IMG/VR virus record: IMGVR_UViG_3300019129_000002
Location: 891-64,890 of that record
Reading direction: 5' to 3' (one strand)
Length of the DNA stretch: 64,000 bases
From: a virus
Lineage: Duplodnaviria > Caudoviricetes
Made by a program: the position numbers and the translations under genes. Position 1 is the stretch's first letter. Every line of letters starts with the position of its first letter. Shown here one piece after another: positions 8,563-18,553 of this stretch. The notes beneath the pieces were generated by a model. That model was not told the DNA's origin. It saw only the letters and a list, made by a program, of their open reading frames with translations, and searched no databases.

Positions 8563-8768
8563 TGCAAGGAATAGTAGCTGTTTGTGAAGATACTTTCGCT
8601 CCTGGCTATGGGGTGATGATGTGTAACGAGTTTGGTAAGGGTTTCCGTGTTGATACCCTTATTGACGGGAAAGTAGAAAATAGAGCAATGAATATGAGTC
8701 AGGAGGATGCCAAAAAAGTTTATGGTGACTTCCATCTTAAAATCTATTCCTTTATAAACAAATCTTAA
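8562..8768 (+). CDS. Hypothetical protein
   Basis: Coupled ORF with GGAGG RBS. Confidence 0.6.
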   Translation: MQGIVAVCEDTFAPGYGVMMCNEFGKGFRVDTLIDGKVENRAMNMSQEDAKKVYGDFHLKIYSFINKS

Positions 8769-8878
8769 TTTCCCTCTGAAAACATGGTCAAACCACTACC
8801 AAGTTGTTATAATATAAATGAACACTCCAAAGAAAAGCCTTTGGATTTCTGTGTTCCACTAAATAGGAGAAATACCGA

Positions 8879-9841
8879 ATGCGTACCGCCAAAATCAATG
8901 TTGCTTTAGATGAAAGAAACCGCGCTATGTTGTCCTCTAGAACTTATGACAAGCGTTTCTACCCTATGAAAAACACTGCTCTCCCCTCAGTCTTAAGAGC
9001 AGACATTAGCCAAGTTTATAAAGGGTTAACAGGCAACGATCTTCCTGAACTCGATTACACCTTCATTATTGTTTCCGACTTCAACGGGTTCTTTAAACGG
9101 GTTTTATCTCCTTGTCTTTATGCCAATGAGGAGTCAGGTCTGTTCATCAAATGGGGTGAGGTTCAAATCCCTATCACCATTGAAGAAGGCACTATCAAGA
9201 CTGCTAAATCTACCAAGAACGTTAAGTTTTCTTTTAAAGAAGAAAAAATCGGAAAGTATGATAACCTTTGCTTAACGGTTGCGGTGAGAAGTAAAGACTC
9301 CCTCATCTCAATGCCCATTATGGTTCGGGTTAAGGACTTAAATAACGCCCCAACCTCTGATCTCTTAGAAGTCTTAGTCGAAGAAGGTGATATTGATAAA
9401 ATCATCGCTGAAGTTTCTGCTCCACCTTCGGGTGACGGTAACAAGGATCAAATATTCCGTGCAGAGGGTCATCTAATCAAGCAAGCTCAACTGCCCGTTG
9501 ATTCCTACGAAGTATATTCCTACTGGGATAAAGATTCTAAGTATGGTACTAAATACTACATGACCGTTAAGGTTAACGAACCTTTCTCAGCTATGGCACG
9601 GGTCAAAGAAAATGAAGAGTGGTTAGATAAAGAGGTTGTATGTGAGGAGTTTGCTATTGTGCAAGCTAACTCATGGGCTTCCAAGGTTTTAGCCGCTCAC
9701 CCTATCATTGAACCTAAGGCACCTGCAACTCTTACTATCACTGATACTTACCTCACCAAGGATGGAAAGAATGCGAGTAAAGGAAGTCTTCAGGCAAATG
9801 CCTTTGAACAAGATGAAAACACCCTTGCTCTAGACTTCTAA
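8879..9841 (+). CDS. Conserved replication-region protein, possibly a single-stranded DNA-binding protein
   Basis: Beta-rich, acidic/aromatic C-terminus (EQDENTLALDF), own promoter (8785-8813), next to the helicase. Function is inference only. Confidence 0.4.
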   Translation: MRTAKINVALDERNRAMLSSRTYDKRFYPMKNTALPSVLRADISQVYKGLTGNDLPELDYTFIIVSDFNGFFKRVLSPCLYANEESGLFIKWGEVQIPITIEEGTIKTAKSTKNVKFSFKEEKIGKYDNLCLTVAVRSKDSLISMPIMVRVKDLNNAPTSDLLEVLVEEGDIDKIIAEVSAPPSGDGNKDQIFRAEGHLIKQAQLPVDSYEVYSYWDKDSKYGTKYYMTVKVNEPFSAMARVKENEEWLDKEVVCEEFAIVQANSWASKVLAAHPIIEPKAPATLTITDTYLTKDGKNASKGSLQANAFEQDENTLALDF

Positions 9842-10249
9842 AGCTAGAGAGTCAAAAAACTTTTGAACTGTTATGTGGGGGGAAACCCCCATTCCCTTTA
9901 ATGAACAACAACATATTTACGTATTGATTAAAGTTTTATCACCCCCAATCCTTTACCCCTTGGTAGAGGAGCATGTAGGATCAACAAACCAAGGAAGTTC
10001 AAACCGGATACCTGTGGTCCTTATGGTTAGTAACAACCACCCAATGAAAAACAAAGATAGTCAGGAGAGGACTAAAGAAACTAATAGAGAAGTGAGGGAG
10101 GGCTGACTACCCTCTTCAGTCTGAGTAAATTAGGAAAAAGAGACTAGAAACTCTCCTAAAAAAAAAAATAGGGGAGTAAGTCAAAAAACCACACTGAAGT
10201 TATAATAATGTAGGGTAACACCCCCTACCTTTTCTTATGGAGGATATAA

Positions 10250-12223
10250 ATGACTGATCCCTCAAATGTAAGACCATTTGAAGACAACCAAGCCAAAAGG
10301 ATTGTTAAAGAAAGAAGGTTCCAGAAGCAAGAGAAGAGTGGCAACCCCGATGTAAAGTCACCTACCCAACTCTACGAACAAGGTATCCGAAAGTTAGAGT
10401 CTAAGGGTTATGAGGTAACTCTGGTAGATAAAAAGTCTATCTGTTTCCATCAGATCCTCAAACCTCAGTTCCCTCAGGAAATAAAAGGTATCTCTTACCC
10501 CCACTATTTCAAACCTTTGCAACCCATCAGAGAATTAGACACTCTGAAAGACATTGACATGGTTTTTGCAGAGTGTGGCCCAGAAGTCCTAAAGTTTTGG
10601 GAACCTTTTATTAACCCTACCAGCAAAGAAACCCCCTTTGATGCTTATTGCAAACGCATCCTGGACTTACAACGGAACAAGGTGAAGTTTGAAGGAGAGG
10701 AAGTCTTAGATTATAAGCAGACCTTTGACCCTGACGGGACAATGGAGAAACACGGGAAAGTTTATTTTCCTAAGATCTGGGTTCCTGCCACTGAATGGTT
10801 TGACCCTGCTATCCGTAAGGTGAGGTTCAAGGACATCTTTACTATCTTCCCTAAAGCAGAACGGGAACTACTGATGTTAATCCTTGGAAGGATTGGGGTA
10901 GGACGTACAGATCATCTCCCTCCCAACTTTAAAGAGCCTATATCCCATACTGCTAGGATGGCGGGTGTGATTGTAGGTAAGGACGCAGGGCTTGGTAAGA
11001 GCACCCTTTTCAACGGTGTGGTGAAAGCTATTGAGAAATGTGGTTTCACTTTCCATACGTTTAAAAACCTCTCTGATAAGTTTGGGGTAGAAGACGCAGC
11101 AATGGCTGACCTTGCTTATAAAGATGACAGTGCAATGAAGCAACTTAAAAGTTTCCTTGCTTCTGAGGATACTAAGACCTTGGTTACTAATGGGTGGTTT
11201 CAGGTTGAGGAGAAGTTTGAACGTAAACGGGAGATTAAACCTCGTTGCATGATTATCATCAACTCTAACGATTGGGATGCAAATTTCGCCTACGATTTAG
11301 ACCCTGGGATCGTTGATCGTATCAAAATCTTATCCACTTATCGTAAATATGAAGTTGAAAACCTCAAGTCCACTATTGGTGGTGTCAGTGCGAATAGTCC
11401 TGATCTTCGTCCTCACGCTCATCTCTCTTGGTTATCTAAGGAACTTGGCGTTTCTGTGGACTCACTTTATCTCTGGGCTTTACGGTTAGCTACCAACCGC
11501 TTCTGGGAAGTAATCAATGACAAGAGCGACCCTTCTAAGAATGCACTGGAAGAAGAAGTAAGGAAGTGGACTACCCGTTGTCGTATCCGATTTAAGAATG
11601 ATGTTAGTCTTGCACTGATAAACGCCATGAAGCAAGCTTCCGCTATCCGTAGAGGTGAGGACTATTACATGAAGGAACTAACCGTAGAGGTTCTTTTTGA
11701 GCATCTACAAGACCTTTATTTTGTGGGTGTTGATCCCTCTGGTTATAAGGTGATGGAAGCAATGAAGAAGCAGTGGGAAGACGAGGGTAGGACAGCTAGT
11801 CACTATTATCAAGGTTTCCGTGAAATCCGGTGGGAAACTCTTAAGGATGGAATACAAGCATGTAGAAACGCCATTAACAACGGGGAACTCTCCTGGTCTA
11901 TAAAAATGAAAATGGTCTTCGACAAGATTACCATGAGGGACGGGTTCCGTATAGGTGGAGGGCAGTCCTATTTAACAGAGGATTGGAACACTGCTAAGAT
12001 TACCTTTGAAGAAGCTAAAGAGAACGCTCAACTACTCTTATCAGACGAAGGGGTGTCTAGTTGGGACATCCATAGGTTAACTCATCCAGAAGATGACTCC
12101 TTAAAGGAACCAAAGGATGGTTGGATCTTCGAAAGGGACTACACTCCTGAACTCGCAGAAAAGTTTAGAGAGGTTGCACGAGATAAGATGATGTCTCAAG
12201 AAGATAACATTCCTTCGTTTTAA
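10250..12223 (+). CDS. Superfamily-3 (D5/NrS-1-like) replicative helicase
   Basis: GKDAGLGKST Walker A, LAYKDD Walker B, EEKF and IIINSN motif C. Confidence 0.75.
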   Translation: MTDPSNVRPFEDNQAKRIVKERRFQKQEKSGNPDVKSPTQLYEQGIRKLESKGYEVTLVDKKSICFHQILKPQFPQEIKGISYPHYFKPLQPIRELDTLKDIDMVFAECGPEVLKFWEPFINPTSKETPFDAYCKRILDLQRNKVKFEGEEVLDYKQTFDPDGTMEKHGKVYFPKIWVPATEWFDPAIRKVRFKDIFTIFPKAERELLMLILGRIGVGRTDHLPPNFKEPISHTARMAGVIVGKDAGLGKSTLFNGVVKAIEKCGFTFHTFKNLSDKFGVEDAAMADLAYKDDSAMKQLKSFLASEDTKTLVTNGWFQVEEKFERKREIKPRCMIIINSNDWDANFAYDLDPGIVDRIKILSTYRKYEVENLKSTIGGVSANSPDLRPHAHLSWLSKELGVSVDSLYLWALRLATNRFWEVINDKSDPSKNALEEEVRKWTTRCRIRFKNDVSLALINAMKQASAIRRGEDYYMKELTVEVLFEHLQDLYFVGVDPSGYKVMEAMKKQWEDEGRTASHYYQGFREIRWETLKDGIQACRNAINNGELSWSIKMKMVFDKITMRDGFRIGGGQSYLTEDWNTAKITFEEAKENAQLLLSDEGVSSWDIHRLTHPEDDSLKEPKDGWIFERDYTPELAEKFREVARDKMMSQEDNIPSF

Positions 12224-12445
12224 GATTGCTAGCCCAACCCTTCACTATCTTGTGGAGGGTGGTCTGACAAGTTATAATGTTTATGTGTTATAGTAGGAGA
12301 ACAACTACAACTATAGGCCCTTCAAACTCTCAGGTATCAAAAGTCTTGCTAAAATCTTGTCATCCTCTAAAGGGTTTGTTATAATAGAAATGTAAGCAAA
12401 GTAAACCACTGAAGGGTTTACGTAGTAAAAACAAAGGAGAAACAA

Positions 12446-12883
12446 ATGACTACACTATTCACTCGTATAGGTGTTCCTGCACAGGGTAAAACTACTTTGA
12501 ATCTAAATTTACCAAAGGAAAATAACGAAATGAAGGCTATGCAAATTGAGTCCACTTTACAAAGGGACTTATACAATCAAGTCATTCAAGAAGGTTTAAC
12601 TCTCGCTGAAGACCCTGGCAACTTAGGCCCTAACGTTGGTGAGATTATCGAAGTAGAAGTTTACTGTGAGGAGTTCACTGACAAACTATTAGCCAAACTT
12701 TACATTAAGGGGACGGAGGATCTAGAACATTCCTTCATGCTCGTTCCTGTCTGGCAGATTGTTAAATACGGACAGGTGGTTCCAGAGCCAGGGAAGTATT
12801 TCTTAGGGAAGTTTGTGGTAGGTGTTCGGAGAATCTTAAACTCCCGTCAATACCTCTACACCTTACGTCTCCCTCGTCATTAA
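12446..12883 (+). CDS. Hypothetical protein
   Basis: AAGGAG RBS; promoter at 12357-12385. Confidence 0.65.
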   Translation: MTTLFTRIGVPAQGKTTLNLNLPKENNEMKAMQIESTLQRDLYNQVIQEGLTLAEDPGNLGPNVGEIIEVEVYCEEFTDKLLAKLYIKGTEDLEHSFMLVPVWQIVKYGQVVPEPGKYFLGKFVVGVRRILNSRQYLYTLRLPRH

Positions 12884-12905
12884 ACTAAGAGGGTTAACCC
12901 CTCAA

Positions 12906-13382
12906 ATGAAACTTATGGATAAATGGGATCAAAGGTTTTACAACCTTGCCAAGAATGTATCGGAGTGGTCGAAAGACCCTTCAAAGAAAGTCGGAGCCGT
13001 GATAGTTGATGGAAGAAGAATCATTGCAACTGGCTACAATGGACTACCTCACGGGATAGAAGACAATGAACGATTATTTGATAGAGAATGGAAGCTCAAA
13101 GTTGTTATTCATGCTGAGGTCAATGCTATCCTCAACGCCGCTAAGAACGGAGCTTCTACCAGAGGATGCACTATCTACGTTAATATTCCCCCCTGTTCTA
13201 ATTGTGGAGCATCTATTATTCAAGCTGGCATCCGTCGAGTAGTGTGTCCAAGTTTTGAGGAGTATAACGGAAACTGGAAAGAAAGTTTTCAGCTTTCCAA
13301 AGATTTGTTAACAGAAGCCGGAGTAGATTATGAAAACCCCGAAGAAATGTCCCACGTGCGGATTAGTAGTTATCCCTCTTGA
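12906..13382 (+). CDS. dCMP deaminase
   Basis: SKDPSKKVGA, TGYNG, HAEVNA and PCSNC. Confidence 0.95.
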   Translation: MKLMDKWDQRFYNLAKNVSEWSKDPSKKVGAVIVDGRRIIATGYNGLPHGIEDNERLFDREWKLKVVIHAEVNAILNAAKNGASTRGCTIYVNIPPCSNCGASIIQAGIRRVVCPSFEEYNGNWKESFQLSKDLLTEAGVDYENPEEMSHVRISSYPS

Positions 13383-13644
13383 GGATGGCTCAGAACAACC
13401 CGTATGGTCAACTCCATGTGGAGAACATCGTAAACCTGAAGAATGCACAGGAGGGAAACTTAATGCGAATTGGGTGGATGTAAAGTCCTTAGTCTGTAAA
13501 CCGTACTGCAATGGCCGAACTTGTATTAATCCTCTCATGGGTAGCAAGTTCGATCAACTTCCTGAGGGCGACACCTGGGAAAAACGTGGAGAGTTTGCTA
13601 AGGGTTTTGAAAGAAATAACATGGACGGGTTGTCATTTCAATAA
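13330..13644 (+). CDS. Cys-rich hypothetical protein
   Basis: CPTCG...VCKPYC...CINP...GDTWEKR. Confidence 0.6.
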   Translation: MKTPKKCPTCGLVVIPLEDGSEQPVWSTPCGEHRKPEECTGGKLNANWVDVKSLVCKPYCNGRTCINPLMGSKFDQLPEGDTWEKRGEFAKGFERNNMDGLSFQ

Positions 13645-13694
13645 ATCCGTGTTATAATAAAAAAATAACAGTTCAACAGTTTTGAGGTACACAA

Positions 13695-14213
13695 ATGATT
13701 AGTAAGCAAAACGCACTAAACCAGTATTCCAAAATGATTTGGAAGTTTGCCAACAAATACCAGTACCTTTATCTTCCTTCTACTTCCTTAGAAGACATCT
13801 ACAACATCGGTGTTCTCGGTTTAATGAAAGCCGTTAGGGACTTCGACCCAGACAACGAGAAGAAAGCTCAATTCGGGACTTATGCCTGCATAAAAATCCA
13901 AGGTGAGATCCGTTATAAAGCTCGTTTAGAAGCTCGTTATCCTGCTTACCCTATAGGTCTTGAGGATCACCATTTGGTTTCACTTAGTGAACAAAAAACG
14001 GACTACTCAGACCTTTATAGTGTTTTGAATGGAATGGGTGAACGCCCCCGTAAGATTGTAGAGTTAACCTATGGTCTGAACAACCAAAAAGTTATGAAAC
14101 AGGGAGAGATTGCTGAACTCATGGGTTGCTCTCGAACCACTGTTGTTAATAACCTTACCAAGTTCCGGAAAAAAGTCCGTGACGAACACCCTGAACTCGC
14201 TAGACTTTACTAA
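13695..14213 (+). CDS. Phage sigma70-family sigma factor (regions 2 and 4)
   Basis: EDIYNIGVLGLMKAVRDFDP...FGTYA and MKQGEIAELMGCSRTTV HTH. Confidence 0.9.
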   Translation: MISKQNALNQYSKMIWKFANKYQYLYLPSTSLEDIYNIGVLGLMKAVRDFDPDNEKKAQFGTYACIKIQGEIRYKARLEARYPAYPIGLEDHHLVSLSEQKTDYSDLYSVLNGMGERPRKIVELTYGLNNQKVMKQGEIAELMGCSRTTVVNNLTKFRKKVRDEHPELARLY

Positions 14214-14518
14214 TGATAGACATTAAGATTATTGATGAGAACTGTCCCATTTGCCATAGCTTTAAAAAGATTGATAGTTCTCTTTTCTTCAACTTGATTG
14301 AAGTCCCCTTTGACCAAATCAGTGAGAATGACCCTTTCTATGAACACATGGAAATCAAGTTCTCAGAACAAATGGTTCACCTTCCTTTATACATCTTTGA
14401 AATTTTAGATGGAGAGTTCTTTTCATTCACACCGGAAAATCAAGCACAACTAAAAAAATATGCCACAACAATCTCAAGTATCCGTCAAGAAGTTAACCGC
14501 TATGGCCAAGCTACCTGA
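14213..14518 (+). CDS. Thioredoxin/glutaredoxin-like protein
   Basis: N-terminal CPIC and downstream LP. Confidence 0.5.
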   Translation: MIDIKIIDENCPICHSFKKIDSSLFFNLIEVPFDQISENDPFYEHMEIKFSEQMVHLPLYIFEILDGEFFSFTPENQAQLKKYATTISSIRQEVNRYGQAT

Positions 14519-14903
14519 ATACGCCCACCCTGGCGACTCAGGAATGGATATCTATTCTGTAAAGGAGTTCACCCTTAGACCAGGGGAACGGAAGATTATC
14601 TCAACAGGATTGCAACTCACCTATCTTCCTGTAGGATATGAAATCCAAGTCCGGAGTAAAAGCGGAATAGCTCTCAAGTATGGTGTTACTGTCCTCAATA
14701 GTCCTGGCACGATTGACTCTGGATACAGAGGTGAAATCAAAGTAATCCTTATCAACCATAGCGACATATTGTACGTTGGTAAGAAGGGTCAAAAGATTGC
14801 TCAATTAGTAGTGCAAGCCGTTGAAAGGTTCACAGTTATTGAAGACCACGGAGTCGTTGAGAGTTCAAGAGGAGAAGGTGGGTTCGGTTCTACAGGAGTT
14901 TAA
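14460..14903 (+). CDS. dut: Trimeric dUTPase
   Basis: GDSGMD, RSKSG, GTIDSGYRGEI and RGEGGFGSTG. Confidence 0.95.
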   Translation: MPQQSQVSVKKLTAMAKLPEYAHPGDSGMDIYSVKEFTLRPGERKIISTGLQLTYLPVGYEIQVRSKSGIALKYGVTVLNSPGTIDSGYRGEIKVILINHSDILYVGKKGQKIAQLVVQAVERFTVIEDHGVVESSRGEGGFGSTGV

Positions 14904-15072
14904 GCACATTTCACAACGTTAAACGAGATCAAAGATGGTAAAGTAAACTTCCAACTAAAAGGTTTAACAAAATTTACCTTTATTGACTCTACTTAACGGA
15001 GGTCACTATCTACTACTGCTTAGTCTATTTTCGTGTTCTGTATAATGATGATGTATTTTTTCGAAGGTTAAA

Positions 15073-15240
15073 ATGAACATAAAGCTAACACAGGAACAAG
15101 AGTTCCTACTCGTTAAGATACGATTAGGCTTAAAGAAGCTAACTCGGGCAGAACTAGAAGACAAGTTTATCGAACTCTACGATGCTTGGCTACGGACAAA
15201 AAACTTCTTACGACAAGACACTTTAGGAGACAACGAATAA
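15073..15240 (+). CDS. nblA: NblA-like phycobilisome degradation adaptor (55 aa, not in the ORF track)
   Basis: MNIKLTQEQEFLLVKIRLGLKKLTRAELEDKFIELYDAWLRTKNFLRQ matches the L(S/T)xEQxF...helix-turn-helix NblA pattern. Confidence 0.7.
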   Translation: MNIKLTQEQEFLLVKIRLGLKKLTRAELEDKFIELYDAWLRTKNFLRQDTLGDNE

Positions 15241-15338
15241 GACAGTCCTCTAAGGTTTAGCTCATCGCAAGAAGAAAGCCAAGGAACTTGGTAATACTCT
15301 GTTGTTAATAGCTCTAGAAAAAGAAGAAAGAGAAATCT

Positions 15339-15665
15339 ATGAACGAACAAGAACTTGCCCTCCAACTACAATCTCTACTGGATTACCATTACGATAACAA
15401 GGTGATGGTGGAAATGATTGAGGGAGGGTTGCTCCCAGTGATCCAACTTGTATGTGGAGAGAACATAGTAAACCTTTTCCTCATCAAAGGTGCCAGGAAC
15501 ATGGAAAATGCTCTCTTGAACATCTCTCAACTCGCAACCGACTCCGGTTGGGTGGTCAACAAATGGGGAGGGTTCTATAACGAACTTTACTCCATACTTT
15601 ATCAATATTATATAGAAGGAACCAATGATCAAGACATTCAGGGTACGCTCCGCTTTAAGTCCTAA
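15339..15665 (+). CDS. Hypothetical protein
   Basis: ORF in a co-oriented gene run. Confidence 0.55.
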   Translation: MNEQELALQLQSLLDYHYDNKVMVEMIEGGLLPVIQLVCGENIVNLFLIKGARNMENALLNISQLATDSGWVVNKWGGFYNELYSILYQYYIEGTNDQDIQGTLRFKS

Positions 15666-15839
15666 AACTCTCTTTGAAGTCCAAGTCGATATTGACATTC
15701 AAGAGGACTCCGAGGTTATCAAGCAAAAAATCAACGAACAAGTATTTCGTCATTTAGTTATAGAGCTTAAAGAAGATGTCTAACACCACTCACATCGAAC
15801 GCGGTAACGAGAAAACCATCTTAGTAACGGATAGGAATT

Positions 15840-16043
15840 ATGAGCAAAAAGTTAAGTCTGTCTCTAACACAGGAGTTCGAGCTAAGAAGAATGATGGACG
15901 CCGCTCGGACGGGTAACAAAGAACAAATCTTAGAACTGTTAGAAAGTTCTCTTCGTCACAACTTTGAATTAAAGAACCACTTTATCACTTCGGTTATGTC
16001 CCTTGAAAAAGAAATCCAAGAACTGACCTCTTCCAAGGTCTAA
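15840..16043 (+). CDS. nblA: Second NblA-like protein
   Basis: LSLSLTQEFELRRMMDAA...KEQILELL...KN, NblA-like N-terminal motif and size. Confidence 0.6.
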   Translation: MSKKLSLSLTQEFELRRMMDAARTGNKEQILELLESSLRHNFELKNHFITSVMSLEKEIQELTSSKV

Positions 16044-16237
16044 CAAACAGTCTGGGCAGAAAGTTCTCTTCGGTAGTCCTTTTGTCCACGAATCTTACAT
16101 CTGTTTAAGGATTAAACCGGGACTACCTTACTGGTAGTGTTAACCCCGAAGTAAAGGAACGAATGGGTAAGACATAAGTATATGCTTACTTTGAACTTAT
16201 AGGACTATTCAACATTAATCTTCTTCCGGAGGCATAA

Positions 16238-16432
16238 ATGAGAAAGACAATCTTTTTAACCATGAAGGAAATCGAGGGACTTTACCCCCTAGTAGATGTT
16301 AACAAGTTTGAAGGGTTGTCTTACTTCCTAAAACTGATCTTAGATGATTCTGATAGAGAGATAGACGACGTTGTCCCGGTGGGGGTCAACTACATGGAAG
16401 AAATGTATATTCAAAGTCTACTTGCAAGTTAA
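16238..16432 (+). CDS. Hypothetical protein
   Basis: GGAGG RBS. Confidence 0.55.
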   Translation: MRKTIFLTMKEIEGLYPLVDVNKFEGLSYFLKLILDDSDREIDDVVPVGVNYMEEMYIQSLLAS

Positions 16433-16475
16433 TCCTATCTGTGTTATAATGGTAGTGTAGTAAACAAGAGGAACC

Positions 16476-16838
16476 ATGAAAGAAAAAAGTTTCCGGCTAC
16501 CCCCCCAAGCCGCTAAAAGGATAGGACGCTCCGTTAGACGTAAAGCCAGAATCTATAATCCAGAAGATGTCAGATACAATCTGGAGAGTATGATGTCTGA
16601 CTCAAGGTACAACGGTGATATTAGAAGGGTGTGGGCTGACTTCCGCCATAAGCATACCAGCTATGAGTATATCCTAGATAGTACCCGGACGGATGATGAA
16701 AAAGAAAAAAACTATATGGTTAGACGTGCTGGCAACATGATCATGGAACTAACCATCAAAGCTCTTATTGATCAGAGGGAACCTAGTAAAACTTGGAAGT
16801 TTCAGTTCTTAGGGTTTAAGGTAGAAATCAGGAGGTAA
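16476..16838 (+). CDS. Hypothetical protein
   Basis: GAGG RBS; promoter at 16422-16450. Confidence 0.6.
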   Translation: MKEKSFRLPPQAAKRIGRSVRRKARIYNPEDVRYNLESMMSDSRYNGDIRRVWADFRHKHTSYEYILDSTRTDDEKEKNYMVRRAGNMIMELTIKALIDQREPSKTWKFQFLGFKVEIRR

Positions 16839-17032
16839 CAATGGTAGGCGTAAAACTAGAGTTCTTCATCGGTGAAAAAGTTTGGCACAAACTGAAAAAA
16901 TGTGTTATAATGAAGGTACAGACAAATGAAAACACTTTTTCTCTTTTCAATGGCTGTCACCATACTTCGCGGTTTAGCAATCTTTCTTAGTGACCCTCGG
17001 ATACCTTATACAAAATCTTGCAGGTAAACAAC

Positions 17033-17524
17033 ATGAACATCTTCGTCTTATCAACTAATCCCGTCGAGTCTGCTAAACTGCACCCCTCTAAAGTTCTTAA
17101 CAAAATGGCTTTGGAAGGTTGTCAAATGTTAGCGACCGTTTTCTCTGAACATTATTTAGATTGGGGAACATTACCTAAAAAAGATGGAACGCCTTACAAA
17201 CCCACCCATAAGAACCACCCCTGCGTTAAGTGGATCACCGAAAGCCATAGTAACATTGCCTGGACAATAGTTCACTCTATGGCTCTCGCTCTGGAACATC
17301 GTGACCGCTATGGCAAGCTGCCTGCTACTTACCGCACTCTTCAAAAAGCTAAAGAGTTATTTGAGCGACACACTCGCTACAAGCTTCTTCATTACCAAGT
17401 TCTTTCTGACGAACATTTCGTAAGAGCAATGATTGAGGATATCAAAACTGATTCCAAAATAACCACAGTGGAAGCATACCGAGCATACATCAAAACCAAA
17501 CCTTATTTTGACGGGAGATTTTAA
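17033..17524 (+). CDS. Pyrimidine-dimer DNA glycosylase / DenV-like protein
   Basis: MNIFVL...KMALEGCQML...YKPTHKNHPCVKW...VEAYRAY family signature. Confidence 0.75.
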   Translation: MNIFVLSTNPVESAKLHPSKVLNKMALEGCQMLATVFSEHYLDWGTLPKKDGTPYKPTHKNHPCVKWITESHSNIAWTIVHSMALALEHRDRYGKLPATYRTLQKAKELFERHTRYKLLHYQVLSDEHFVRAMIEDIKTDSKITTVEAYRAYIKTKPYFDGRF

Positions 17525-17530
17525 ACTACT

Positions 17531-17791
17531 ATGAAAACCATAAACAGTCTCATCTCTAGAAGAAGAGAGATGATCCAAAAGGTCAGAGAAGAGGGACTTT
17601 GTGTCCCCTTTGCCTCCTACGAAGATTGGATGGAAATCCTAGACGACATGATTGATGGTTACTACCTCTACCTCTACTCCGACCTAAACCTTAAAAAAGA
17701 AGACCCCTTACGAACTTTCAAAGTTCAACAAGCTTTCAGCTATTGGATGAAGTACGGGGAGTACATTACACAAATCACTAGGAATCAATAA
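17531..17791 (+). CDS. Hypothetical protein
   Basis: Co-oriented ORF. Confidence 0.55.
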   Translation: MKTINSLISRRREMIQKVREEGLCVPFASYEDWMEILDDMIDGYYLYLYSDLNLKKEDPLRTFKVQQAFSYWMKYGEYITQITRNQ

Positions 17792-17792
17792 T

Positions 17793-18164
17793 ATGGACTT
17801 ACACAAACAAGCTATCGTAGATCAAATCATTGCAAAGGCTAATATCTCAGAGTTAATAGAACAAACAAAAGAGATCCAAAGACTCTTATTGGAAGTAGCT
17901 GTCACTACTACGGATAAAGCCAAAGAGAAAATCCATTTGCTGGAAACCCTGTTAGAAGGTTATTATCCTATCCAGTACTACCTTTTAGAACGTGGCTTAG
18001 AACCTCTCCGAGATGAGCAAGAAATGATTAACTGTTTGGTTTACCTTATATGTGAGAGTGACGAGTTGGGTTATGACTTCATAGAAGTCACCAATAGCAA
18101 TGGGGAGCAAGCTTTAGCTTTCCACAAAGATGTCTTAGATGATTGGTTAGATATGCCTTTTTAA
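17793..18164 (+). CDS. Hypothetical protein
   Basis: Co-oriented ORF. Confidence 0.55.
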   Translation: MDLHKQAIVDQIIAKANISELIEQTKEIQRLLLEVAVTTTDKAKEKIHLLETLLEGYYPIQYYLLERGLEPLRDEQEMINCLVYLICESDELGYDFIEVTNSNGEQALAFHKDVLDDWLDMPF

Positions 18165-18196
18165 TAAGGTCGCAGTAAACAACAAGGGTTAAAACT

Positions 18197-18475
18197 ATGA
18201 ACATTTATGACCTTTTCACTCCTCCTAATATTGCAGAAGAGATGAGAAGAGCTAGGGCTGACTACTGGAGGGTTAACAACTCTTCTCCCTCGGAAAGGGT
18301 TGCAAGAACCCTCCCTTGTCCAGAGGAAGTAGATCCCCGTACTTGGGAGTTCTGTATGGAGTTCCTGCAAAACAATAACCGTCTTCCAAGAGAAGAAGAT
18401 GTAGTAAGGTTTTGCATCCGGAACCGTATTCCTGTCCAAGTCCGTCTGATTCGCAGTAGAAGAGGTTTATTATGA
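18197..18475 (+). CDS. Hypothetical protein
   Basis: Co-oriented ORF. Confidence 0.55.
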   Translation: MNIYDLFTPPNIAEEMRRARADYWRVNNSSPSERVARTLPCPEEVDPRTWEFCMEFLQNNNRLPREEDVVRFCIRNRIPVQVRLIRSRRGLL

Positions 18476-18553
18476 ACAATGTATGATTTTAGTAGTCTCA
18501 TTAGTAGGTTTGATTGACGTGACATCACCCCGAAAAACAAACAATACAAGCGA

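Noticed and set aside
9873-10106. 77-aa ORF between the SSB-like gene and the helicase
   Set aside because: Starts inside a hairpin (TGGGGGGAAACCCCCA), has no RBS or recognisable motif, and is probably intergenic.
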